Of a DNA stretch of 32,000 nt, positions 16,734 through 29,764 are shown piece after piece. This DNA comes from Delftia acidovorans NBRC 14950 (lineage in GTDB: Bacteria; Pseudomonadota; Gammaproteobacteria; Burkholderiales; Burkholderiaceae_C), in assembly GCF_001598795.1 (NCBI RefSeq), contig NZ_BCZP01000001.1, positions 450,001 through 482,000 of the forward strand, written 5' to 3'. The translations under genes and the position numbers were made by a program. Under the pieces are notes generated by a model. That model did no database searches. It was not told the DNA's origin and was given only the letters and a program-made list of their open reading frames with translations. The stretch's first letter is position 1, and each line of letters starts with the position of its first letter.

Positions 16734-18023
16734 TCAGACCGTGGCGTCGTCCGCCGTGAGGTTGTCGGCCCAGGCCAGGGCCTGCAGGTGCGCCCAGTTG
16801 ACCTGGTGGTTGGACAGCTGCAAGGCGTTGGCGGCGCGCGCAAAGCCTTCGTCGTCGCCGCTTTCGCAGGCGCGCGTCAGCTCCAGGAAGGGCGCGAACA
16901 CGCCCTTGTTGTGCACCAGCGCATCGATCACGGGCTGGGGCAGGGCGATGGATTCCAGCGCCTTTTCCATGGGCTGGCCCAGCATCACATCCAACAGCGA
17001 GAACACGCCCACCACGAAGGCGTTGTCACATTCCTCGGGCGAGAGCAGCTCGGCCGTCAGCAGCTCCATCAGGCGTCCGCGCACCACGGCGGTCTGGCCC
17101 ACGGCCGGCGGCGTGCCGCCCGCGCGCGAGGTGGTCAAAAGCAGGGCCGCCCAGCGGAACAGCTTCTTGAGGCCCAGGATCATCACCGCATGGCGGAACG
17201 AGGTGATCTCGCAGGACAGGCCAAATCCCGAGGAGTTGATGAAGCGCAGCAGGTTGAAGGACAGCGTGGGGTCCTTCTTGAGCAGGGCTTCGATCTCGTC
17301 CGTGCTGGCCTGCTGGCGCACCAGGTTGATCAGCTGGATGATGGTCGCCTGCGTGGGGCGGATGGTGCGTGCCTGCACGAGTTGCGGCTGGGCGAACCAG
17401 AAGCCCTGGAACAGCCGCACGCCCAGGTCGCGCATGCGCTCGAACTGCTCGGAGGTCTCGACCTTTTCGGCCACGATCTGGGCATTGGTATGGGCGCGCG
17501 CGAAATTCACCAGGGTCTCGGCATCGGCCAGTGCAAAGGTCTGCATGTCCAGCTTGATGAATGCGGCCGCAGGAAGCCAGCTGGCATAGGCGCGGCGCAG
17601 CAGGTGCTGGTTGAAGGCCAGGCGGAAACCGCGCTGGCGCAGGGCCTGGAAGGTGGGCAGGCGCTCTTCGATATCGGCTGTGGTGGCGTTCTCGCCCAGC
17701 GTGGTCACTTCCAGCACCACCTTGTCGGGGTGGATCAGTTCCAGGTGGCCGCCGGCCAGGCTGTCATGCGTGCAGTTGATGAAGACCGTCTTCTTGCCCA
17801 CCAGCGCCTCGGCTCCCGCATACGACAGTGCGTTGAACAGCAGGGCGGCATCGGAGGCCGCCGTGTGCGCATGCTGGGCTGTGGAGCGATCGAAGAGTTC
17901 ATAGCCGAAGACATCGCGCGCCTCGTTGACGATGGCCTGGCGCGCAATGACGGCCACCTGTCCGTCCTCCACTCCTTCTGGCAGGGGTGGTGGCGGAGCG
18001 GAGGAGTTGTCGTTGGTAGTCAT
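16734..18023 (-). CDS. EAL-like domain plus HDOD domain signalling protein (COG3434 / PdeH-like architecture), copy 1
   Basis: EAL landmarks: IARQAIVN..FGYELFDR, FINCT, LEVTT, IKLD, AEKVET, FQGFWFAQP. HDOD block: LLKKDPTLSFNLLRFINSSGFGL..EITSFRHAVMILGLKKL. The DDFG position reads AFNQ. Confidence 0.85.
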   Translation of the reverse strand: MTTNDNSSAPPPPLPEGVEDGQVAVIARQAIVNEARDVFGYELFDRSTAQHAHTAASDAALLFNALSYAGAEALVGKKTVFINCTHDSLAGGHLELIHPDKVVLEVTTLGENATTADIEERLPTFQALRQRGFRLAFNQHLLRRAYASWLPAAAFIKLDMQTFALADAETLVNFARAHTNAQIVAEKVETSEQFERMRDLGVRLFQGFWFAQPQLVQARTIRPTQATIIQLINLVRQQASTDEIEALLKKDPTLSFNLLRFINSSGFGLSCEITSFRHAVMILGLKKLFRWAALLLTTSRAGGTPPAVGQTAVVRGRLMELLTAELLSPEECDNAFVVGVFSLLDVMLGQPMEKALESIALPQPVIDALVHNKGVFAPFLELTRACESGDDEGFARAANALQLSNHQVNWAHLQALAWADNLTADDATV

Positions 18024-18081
18024 TTGGAAGCTGAGAAAGATGAAGGAGCGGCGGCGTTGAGTTGCATGCGATAGCTCATGA

Positions 18082-19359
18082 CTATAGCGAGCTGTCTGCC
18101 AGTTGATCGGTCCAGGCCAGGGCCTGCAGATGGGCCCAGTTGATCTGCTGGCTGCTCAGGCGCAGTGCGTCTGCGCTGCGGTTGAAGGCTGCGTCGTCGC
18201 TGGCCTCGCAGGCCTGGGCCAGGATCAGCAGCTCGCCCAGCACGCCTTCATGGCGCAGCACGGCGGCGGAGACGGCATCGGGCACGGGGATCAGGCTCAT
18301 GGCCACGTCCTGCGGCAGGTCCAGCATGCTGCCCAGCAGCGAGAAGATGCCGACGACGAAGGCCTGGTCGGAGTCTTCCTCGCTCAGCGATTCCTGGGCC
18401 AGCAGCTCCATCAGCCGCCCGCGGATCACGGCGGTCTGGCCGATGGCCGGCGGCGGCCCGCCGTTGCGCGATGCGGTCAGCAGCATGGCCGCCCAGCGGA
18501 ACAGCTTCTTGAGGCCCATGAGCATCACGGCCTGGCGGAAGGAGGTGATCTCGCGTTGCACGCCAAAACCCACGGAATTGATCAGGCGCATCAGGTTGAA
18601 GGCCAGGCCCGCATCCTTCTTGAGCACATCCTCGATGGCATCGGTGCTGGCCTGCTGGCGCACCAGATTCAGCAGCTGGACGATGCTTTGCTGCGAGGGC
18701 GACAGCAGCTTGGTGCGCACCACCGTGGGCCGCGCAAACCAGAAGCCCTGGAACAGCTGTATGCCCAGGCGGCCGACCTGCTCATGCTGCTGGGCGCTTT
18801 CCACCTTCTCGGCGATCAGCTCGGCGCGCGTGTGGCGGCCAGCGAAGTTGACCAGCACGGCCAACTGGTCAGGGGCCAGCACGGACAGGTCGAACTTGAT
18901 GTAGTCGGCCAGGGGCAGCCAGGCCGCATAGGCGGACTCCAGCACCGTGTGATTGAAGGCCAGGTTGAAGCCGCGCGCGCGCAGATTGCTGAGGATGGGC
19001 AGGCGGGCCTGCACCTCTTGCTGTGCGGCCAGGCCCAGCGGCGGTATCTCCAGCACCACCTTGTCGGGGTTGAGCAGCTCCAGATGCCCGCCGGCCAGGC
19101 TTTCATGCGTGCAGTTGACGAACATCAACTTGGTGCCGACCAGATCCTCTTCGCCAGCATGCGACAGGGCCGTGAACACCAGGGACACGTCCGAGGCCGC
19201 CGTATGGTCCGGGTAGGCGCGAGAACGGTTGAAAAGCTCGTAGCCGATGATCTGCTGCACCCCGTTGACGATGGCCTGGCGCGCGATCATTCCCCGGTCT
19301 GTGGACGCGGGGCTGGCCGCAGGGGCATCGTTGAAGAGATGGACAGGCAATTCGGTCAT
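18082..19359 (-). CDS. EAL-like domain plus HDOD domain signalling protein, copy 2 (paralogue of 16734-18023)
   Basis: Start at ATG 19359 (MTELPVHLF...). Same landmarks: GYELFNR, FVNCT, LEIPP, IKFD, AEKVES, FQGFWFARP; LKKDAGLAFNLMRLINSVGFGV..EITSFRQAVMLMGLKKL. The DDFG position reads AFNH. Confidence 0.85.
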   Translation of the reverse strand: MTELPVHLFNDAPAASPASTDRGMIARQAIVNGVQQIIGYELFNRSRAYPDHTAASDVSLVFTALSHAGEEDLVGTKLMFVNCTHESLAGGHLELLNPDKVVLEIPPLGLAAQQEVQARLPILSNLRARGFNLAFNHTVLESAYAAWLPLADYIKFDLSVLAPDQLAVLVNFAGRHTRAELIAEKVESAQQHEQVGRLGIQLFQGFWFARPTVVRTKLLSPSQQSIVQLLNLVRQQASTDAIEDVLKKDAGLAFNLMRLINSVGFGVQREITSFRQAVMLMGLKKLFRWAAMLLTASRNGGPPPAIGQTAVIRGRLMELLAQESLSEEDSDQAFVVGIFSLLGSMLDLPQDVAMSLIPVPDAVSAAVLRHEGVLGELLILAQACEASDDAAFNRSADALRLSSQQINWAHLQALAWTDQLADSSL

Positions 19360-19547
19360 GGAGTGTTCGGTCGAAGAGGCACGGTAAGCAGCAGATCTGA
19401 TTGTAGGAATGTTCTGAATAAATATGCCGACAGGCAGTGTCTGCTGGGACAAGTCCGATTGCGGAGTCGGACCCATCCTAGTTTGTAAACCATTGTGCGG
19501 CCATGCGGACGGGACGGGCCTGTCCGCGCGGCTGCGGCAGTCTTTCT

Positions 19548-20354
19548 TCAGACCTGCTGCAGCCAGGCCAGTTCGGTATCGGTGAAGCCAGCGGCGCGGC
19601 GCGCGCGCTCGTTGAAGGGCGGGCGCAGGCGCGGTGCCTCGTAGCGCTGCGTCAGGTGCTGGTAGTGCGCCTCCGGCTCCAGGCCTTCCCGTTCGCACAG
19701 CCAGCGGTACCAGTGGTTGCCTATGGCCACGTGGCCCACTTCCTCGCGCAGGATGATGTCGAGGATGTCCACGGCCGCCAGCGCATCGGGCGCGCGCGTG
19801 TTGCGCAGCTTGTTCTGTATCTGGGGCGTGGCGTCCAGGCCCCGTGCCTCCAGCGTGCGTGGCACCAGGGCCATGCGGGCCACCACGTCATGCGCGGTCT
19901 TCTCGCACATGGTCCACAGGCCCTGGTGGGCCGGGAAGTCGCCATAGTCATGGCCCAGGTGCGCGCGCAGATGCTCGCGCAGCAGGCGAAAGTGCTTGGC
20001 CTCCTCGGCGGCCACCTGCAGCCAGTCCAGGTAGTACTGCTGCGGCATGCCGTCAAAGCGCCAGACGGCATCCAGCGCCAGATTGATGGCGTTGAACTCG
20101 ATGTGGGCAATGGCGTGGATCAGCACGGCCCGGCCTTCGGGCGTGGCCGGCGAGCGCCTTGCAACGGCAGTGTGGTGGCGCAGCTCGGGCCGCAGCGGGC
20201 GGCCGGGCAGGTCCGGTGCGGGATCGGGCAGGGCCGGTGCCTGCGCTGCTATTGAATAAAGCGCCTGCCGTGCATACATGTCCAACGCGGCGGCGGCCTT
20301 TTCTTCGGGGTCCGGGAGGCACAAAACCTCAAGGGCGCGGTGACGTAACTCCAT
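19548..20354 (-). CDS. DUF455-type ferritin-like (putative di-iron) protein
   Basis: Start at ATG 20354 (MELRHRALEV...). Four-helix di-iron pattern: AHIEFNAINLALD, AAEEAKHF (ExxH), TLEARGLD, LREEVGHV (ExxH). The upstream part of the 444-aa track ORF is antisense to the next gene. Confidence 0.7.
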   Translation of the reverse strand: MELRHRALEVLCLPDPEEKAAAALDMYARQALYSIAAQAPALPDPAPDLPGRPLRPELRHHTAVARRSPATPEGRAVLIHAIAHIEFNAINLALDAVWRFDGMPQQYYLDWLQVAAEEAKHFRLLREHLRAHLGHDYGDFPAHQGLWTMCEKTAHDVVARMALVPRTLEARGLDATPQIQNKLRNTRAPDALAAVDILDIILREEVGHVAIGNHWYRWLCEREGLEPEAHYQHLTQRYEAPRLRPPFNERARRAAGFTDTELAWLQQV

Positions 20355-20408
20355 CCCTACAATTCTAGGTTTCCTGCCATCACCAATAATTGACGGAGAC
20401 AAAGACCC

Positions 20409-20933
20409 ATGGCGATTTATGAACTGGATGGAGTGGCCCCTGAAGTGGCAGCATCGGCCTGGGTGGCCGACAGTGCCGAGGTCATGGGCAATGTGCAGCT
20501 GGCCGAAGACGCCAGCATCTGGTTCGGCGCCGTGCTGCGCGGCGACTGCGAGAGCATTTCCATCGGCGAGGGAAGCAACATCCAGGACGCCAGCGTGCTG
20601 CATGCCGACCTGGGCAAGCCGCTGGTCGTGGGGCGCCATGTGACCGTGGGCCACCAGGTCATGCTGCATGGCTGCACCATCGGCGACGAGTCGCTGATCG
20701 GCATCGGTGCCGTGGTGCTCAACGGCGCGAAGATCGGCAGGAACTGCCTGGTCGGCGCAGGTGCCCTCATCACCGAGGGTAAGGAGTTTCCCGATGGCTC
20801 GATGATCATCGGCAGCCCGGCCAAGGCCGTGCGCCAATTGACGCCCGAGCAGATCGAAGGCTTGCGCCGCAGCGCCCAACACTATGTCGATAATGCGCGC
20901 CGGTTCAAGACCGGGTTGCGCAAGCTGGGCTGA
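20409..20933 (+). CDS. Gamma-class carbonic anhydrase-like / hexapeptide-repeat protein (YrdA/PaaY/CaiE family)
   Basis: [31 protein letters not shown]...[15 protein letters not shown]...[14 protein letters not shown] is left-handed beta-helix periodicity with the conserved His residues. Confidence 0.85.
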   Translation: MAIYELDGVAPEVAASAWVADSAEVMGNVQLAEDASIWFGAVLRGDCESISIGEGSNIQDASVLHADLGKPLVVGRHVTVGHQVMLHGCTIGDESLIGIGAVVLNGAKIGRNCLVGAGALITEGKEFPDGSMIIGSPAKAVRQLTPEQIEGLRRSAQHYVDNARRFKTGLRKLG

Positions 20934-20968
20934 GCGAGGCCCGGCACTTTTTTACGGAATCCATCAGC

Positions 20969-21961
20969 GTGTCTGAACTGCATAAATTCATCTTCGAAGG
21001 CCTGCCCGTGCGCGGCTCCATCGTCCGCCTCACCGACGCCTGGCAGGAAATCCTGCAACGCCGCGCGGGCAACGGCGAGACCGGCGCCTACCCCGCTGCC
21101 GTGCGCGAACTGCTGGGCGAAATGGCGGCTGCCGGCGTGCTCATGCAGTCCAACATCAAGTTCAACGGCGCCCTGGTCTTCCAGGTCATGGGCGACGGCC
21201 CGGTCAAGCTGGCCGTGGCCGAGGTGCAGTCCGACTTCGGCCTGCGCGCCACCGCCACCCTGATCGGGGAGGCGCCCGAAGGCGCCACGCTGGAGCAACT
21301 GCTCAATGTGAACGGTGGTGGCCGTTGCGCCATCACGCTGGACCCCAAGGGACGCCAGCCGGGCCAGCAGCCCTACCAGGGCGTGGTGCCGCTGCAGGAT
21401 GCGCAAGGCCGCAGGTTCTCCAAGGTGTCCGATGCACTGCAGCACTACATGCTGCAGTCCGAGCAGCTGGACACCGTGCTGGTGCTGGCCGCCAATGACC
21501 AGTTGGCTGCCGGCCTGCTGATCCAGCGCATGCCGGTCAAGGGTGAGGCCAACCTGGCCTCCGCCACCGAAAGCGAGCAATCGGGCCAGGACGCCATCGG
21601 CCTGAACGAGGACTACAACCGCATCGCCACGCTGGCCGCCAGCCTGACGCGCGATGAACTGCTCACGCTGGATGTGGAAACCATCCTGCGGCGCCTGTTC
21701 TGGGAAGAGAAGCTGATGCGCTTCGTCCCCCAGCAGGATGAAGAGCGCCCGCGCTTTGCCTGCACCTGCAGCCGTGAGCGCGTGGGCGCCATGCTGGTCT
21801 CGCTGGGCATTGAAGAGGTGGACAGCATCCTGGAGGAGCGCGGCAATATCGAGGTGGGCTGCGACTTCTGCGGCAAGCAGTACGAGTTCGATCCCATCGA
21901 TGCCGCCCAGCTGTTCACCGAAGCCGGCAAGCAGCCACCGACCTCGACGAACGTCCAGTAA
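20969..21961 (+). CDS. hslO: Redox-regulated chaperone Hsp33
   Basis: LHKFIFEGLPVRGSIVRL at the N-terminus. C-terminal zinc centre CTCSRERV...CDFCGKQYEF. GTG start at 20969. Confidence 0.9.
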   Translation: MSELHKFIFEGLPVRGSIVRLTDAWQEILQRRAGNGETGAYPAAVRELLGEMAAAGVLMQSNIKFNGALVFQVMGDGPVKLAVAEVQSDFGLRATATLIGEAPEGATLEQLLNVNGGGRCAITLDPKGRQPGQQPYQGVVPLQDAQGRRFSKVSDALQHYMLQSEQLDTVLVLAANDQLAAGLLIQRMPVKGEANLASATESEQSGQDAIGLNEDYNRIATLAASLTRDELLTLDVETILRRLFWEEKLMRFVPQQDEERPRFACTCSRERVGAMLVSLGIEEVDSILEERGNIEVGCDFCGKQYEFDPIDAAQLFTEAGKQPPTSTNVQ

Positions 21962-21973
21962 ATACGCTCGGAG

Positions 21974-22471
21974 TCAGTCCCGCCCGCTGCGCAGCGCGTC
22001 GAACAATCGCCGCTCGCAGTCCGGGTCGCTGCATTGCTCGCAGCCGTAGGGGCGAAGGCGTGCGCTGCGTTGCGCGGGGCTTGCGGGCAGCCAGGACCAG
22101 TCCATTTGCGGAGCCTTGAGCCTGAGCGACTCGGCCAGCTGTTGCCATTGCCGGGCGGTATTGCCGTAGAGCACCACGTAGTCGCGTGACTGGCTTTGCA
22201 ATTGGTCACGCCAATGCTGGAGCTGTGCGGCAGGGCCATTGCTCACCCCTTCGTGCTCGGTGACGGAGGCTCTCCAATCCAGTCCCAGCAGGTAGACAGC
22301 CCCATGTTCCGGCAGAGACTGCCCCGGCTCGGCCGCCAGGCATTGCCAGTCAGCAGGAGATGCTCCGTGGTGCCGCCAGGCCTGGCGCAATGCATGGGCC
22401 ATGGAAAGCGCGAGCGCGGGCGGCGATCCCAGAAGAATCACCGGGGGCGGGGGCAAGTGGTCTGTGTCCAA
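21974..22471 (-). CDS. Hypothetical protein, 165 aa, C-terminal CEQCSDPDC motif, no family recognised
   Basis: Single long ORF filling the gap between hslO (convergent, 12 bp away) and the ftsB terminator. Start uncertain: TTG 22471, GTG 22441 or ATG 22402. Codon usage is less GC3-biased than the neighbours. Confidence 0.55.
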   Translation of the reverse strand: MDTDHLPPPPVILLGSPPALALSMAHALRQAWRHHGASPADWQCLAAEPGQSLPEHGAVYLLGLDWRASVTEHEGVSNGPAAQLQHWRDQLQSQSRDYVVLYGNTARQWQQLAESLRLKAPQMDWSWLPASPAQRSARLRPYGCEQCSDPDCERRLFDALRSGRD

Positions 22472-22526
22472 GTACCTGTCTCGGCTTGCGCGCAGGCCCG
22501 GTTAAGGGGTGCAGGCGCCTTGTTGC

Positions 22527-22560
22527 AAAAGCACAAGGCCGGCATGAAGCCGGCCTTGGT
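22527..22560 (-). terminator. Rho-independent terminator downstream of ftsB
   Basis: AAGGCCGGC (22535-22543) / GCCGGCCTT (22549-22557). On the minus strand it is followed by GTGCTTTTGC. Confidence 0.65.
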
Positions 22561-22577
22561 GCAAAAAATCCCAACCT

Positions 22578-22856
22578 TCAGCGCCGCACGATCTGCACGA
22601 AGATCTCGTTGGGCTTGACCATGCCCAGCTCGCTGCGGGCCTTTTCCTCGACCATGGCCAGGCCGTCCTTGAGGTCGTTGACTTCGGAGGCCAGGCGGTC
22701 GTTCTCGGCCTTTTCCAGGGCATTGGCCACGTTCTGGTCGTGGATCTGCTGCTGCAGTTCCTTGACGTAGGCCACGCTGCCATGGCCCAGCCACAACTGC
22801 GCGTGCACGGCGGCGAGCAGGGCGAGCAGGACAAGGGGGACGACGCGGTTGACCAT
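22578..22856 (-). CDS. ftsB: Cell division protein FtsB (septum formation initiator)
   Basis: 92 aa. N-terminal TM VVPLVLLALLAAV, then coiled coil ...LQQQIHDQNVANALEKAENDRLASEVNDLKDGLAMVEEKARSELGMVKPNE. Located downstream of eno. Confidence 0.9.
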   Translation of the reverse strand: MVNRVVPLVLLALLAAVHAQLWLGHGSVAYVKELQQQIHDQNVANALEKAENDRLASEVNDLKDGLAMVEEKARSELGMVKPNEIFVQIVRR

Positions 22857-22875
22857 GGCAGCAGATGTTGCGGAA

Positions 22876-22912
22876 AGGAAAAAGGCTTGCAGGCCGGATG
22901 GCTTGCAAGCCT
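22876..22912 (-). terminator. Rho-independent terminator / attenuator between eno and ftsB
   Basis: AGGCTTGCA (22883-22891) / TGCAAGCCT (22904-22912). On the minus strand it is followed by TTTTTCCTTTCC. The hairpin ends about 27 nt before the ftsB start codon. Confidence 0.7.
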
Positions 22913-22920
22913 AACGCTTT

Positions 22921-24372
<1,452 letters not shown>

Positions 24373-24375
24373 CTA

Positions 24376-24385
24376 TTGTGCACAA
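24376..24385. promoter_or_regulatory. Perfect 10-bp palindrome TTGTGCACAA in the 234-bp eno upstream region (candidate operator)
   Basis: Self-complementary 10-mer about 170 nt upstream of the eno ATG. No factor assigned. Confidence 0.2.
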
Positions 24386-24441
24386 ATTGGTTGTATGGCT
24401 TTGTATGCGCTGCGCTCTTGACGAGCCGGGATGGCTGGCCG

Positions 24442-24732
24442 TCAGACGCCTTCCACGCAGACCATGCGCATGATGGATGCGCCTTCACGCGCCTCGCGGG
24501 CACGCAGGTACTCGGGCGTGTCGTAGAAGGCCCGGGCTGCCTCGAAGCTGGGGAACTTGAGGATCACGGTGCGGCCGGGGTTCCAGTCGCCTTCGAGCAC
24601 TTCGACCTTGCCGCCGCGAACGCAGACTTCGGCGCCATGCACGCGCATGGCCTCGGTGCTCCACTTGCGGTATTCCTCGTACTGCTCGGGCTTGGTGACG
24701 GTGACGGACGCAATGATGTAGCCGCTGGCCAT
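24442..24732 (-). CDS. DUF1330 domain protein (small dimeric alpha/beta-barrel family)
   Basis: 96 aa. YIIASVTVTKPEQYEEYRKW...VILKFPSFEAARAFYDTPEYLRARE resembles DUF1330 as I recall it. The start is 3 nt after the kdsA stop. Confidence 0.75.
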   Translation of the reverse strand: MASGYIIASVTVTKPEQYEEYRKWSTEAMRVHGAEVCVRGGKVEVLEGDWNPGRTVILKFPSFEAARAFYDTPEYLRAREAREGASIMRMVCVEGV

Positions 24733-24735
24733 GGG

Positions 24736-25593
<858 letters not shown>

Positions 25594-25633
25594 GGTGAGG
25601 ATTCCTTGGGAAATGGTGGGCGGCGGTGCAGAG

Positions 25634-28618
<2,985 letters not shown>

Positions 28619-28635
28619 CACCACCGAAGGCCCGC

Positions 28636-29181
28636 ATGTCACAGAACACCTACGAAGGCCCCCGCCACGGCGACTATGTGCGCTATGTGGATGAGCTGCT
28701 GCGCGCCAGCCCCCTGTACCGCTCTGCGGCCCACGGCTGGATGGCGCAGGGACGCAGCGATTTCACCGATGCGGTGGCCACGCCGGGCGCGCAGTCCCAG
28801 TCCGTCGTCGAGCGCGTGCGCGAGCAGGTTCAGGCTGCGGCCGAGAAGGCGCGCATCGCCGCGCAGCAGGCTTCGGTGCCTGCCCTGCCGGGGCGCCAGC
28901 CGTCTGCAGGCGACAGGAATGGCGACAGGAACGGCGATAGAAATGGTGGCAGGGCCGATCGCGGCCGGCAGGCGGCGCGGGCACAGCAAGCCCAGGCGTC
29001 CTCCGCCGCCAAGGCCGTCAAGAAGACGGTCTTCAAGATAGGTCCGGGCCAGTTGCTGGGTATCGTGATCGGCCTGATCCTGGCCGTGGTGATTCCGGGC
29101 ATCGGCCCCTTCATCCTGCTGCTCACCATCATCAATGCCATCGTCAAAGGCTTTCGCAGCGGGCTCAAGTCGTCCGGGTGA
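28636..29181 (+). CDS. Hypothetical membrane-anchored protein, 181 aa (soluble N-domain, GDRN repeat, C-terminal TM hairpin)
   Basis: GAAGG then ATG 28636, 17 nt after the coaBC stop. High GC3. C-terminal LLGIVIGLILAVVIPGIGPFILLLTIINAIV gives two hydrophobic spans. No family recognised. Confidence 0.7.
   Translation: MSQNTYEGPRHGDYVRYVDELLRASPLYRSAAHGWMAQGRSDFTDAVATPGAQSQSVVERVREQVQAAAEKARIAAQQASVPALPGRQPSAGDRNGDRNGDRNGGRADRGRQAARAQQAQASSAAKAVKKTVFKIGPGQLLGIVIGLILAVVIPGIGPFILLLTIINAIVKGFRSGLKSSG
28909..28956 (+). repeat. In-frame 12-bp tandem repeat (3 good units plus 1 degenerate) encoding GDRN-GDRN-GDRN-GGRA
   Basis: GGCGACAGGAAT GGCGACAGGAAC GGCGATAGAAAT GGTGGCAGGGCC. Confidence 0.85.
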
Positions 29182-29251
29182 CGGCGCGGGGCACAATGCG
29201 CGCTTTGCTTTTCAAGAGAGCCTGCCGTGAGGCGCTCCCCAGATTGTTTCC

Positions 29252-29701
29252 ATGAACGTTGATATCAAGATCCTTGACGCGCGCCTGCGCGAGAACATGC
29301 CCGCCTACGCCACGCCGGGAAGCGCGGGCCTGGACCTGCGCGCCTGCATCGATGCGCCGCTGACGCTGGAGCCCGGCCAATGGCAACTGGTGCCCACGGG
29401 CATGGCCATGTACCTCAAGGACCCCGGCTACGCGGCCATGATCCTGCCGCGCTCGGGCATGGGCCACAAGCACGGCATCGTGCTGGGCAACCTGGTCGGC
29501 CTGATCGACAGCGACTACCAGGGCCAGCTCATGGTCAGCGCCTGGAACCGCTCGACCACGGCCTTCACGCTGCAGCCCATGGACCGCCTGGCCCAGCTGA
29601 TCATCGTGCCCGTGGTGCAGCCCAGCTTCAATGTGGTCGAGGAGTTCGAGTCGGCTTCCGAGCGCGGCGCGGGCGGCTACGGCTCTACAGGCAAGCAATA
29701 A
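29252..29701 (+). CDS. dut: dUTP diphosphatase
   Basis: GSAGLDLRA...[27 protein letters not shown]...[10 protein letters not shown]; 149 aa. Confidence 0.95.
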   Translation: MNVDIKILDARLRENMPAYATPGSAGLDLRACIDAPLTLEPGQWQLVPTGMAMYLKDPGYAAMILPRSGMGHKHGIVLGNLVGLIDSDYQGQLMVSAWNRSTTAFTLQPMDRLAQLIIVPVVQPSFNVVEEFESASERGAGGYGSTGKQ

Positions 29702-29764
29702 GGCGCTCAGCCAGAAAACGCCCGCAGCCGCGCTGCCCGGGCATCGCTCCAGGGAGGAATCCGC

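Noticed and set aside
16713-19488. Two long plus-strand ORFs (453 and 461 aa) opposite the EAL-HDOD genes
   Set aside because: These are shadow ORFs of the two paralogues. They look similar to each other only because the sense genes are duplicated.
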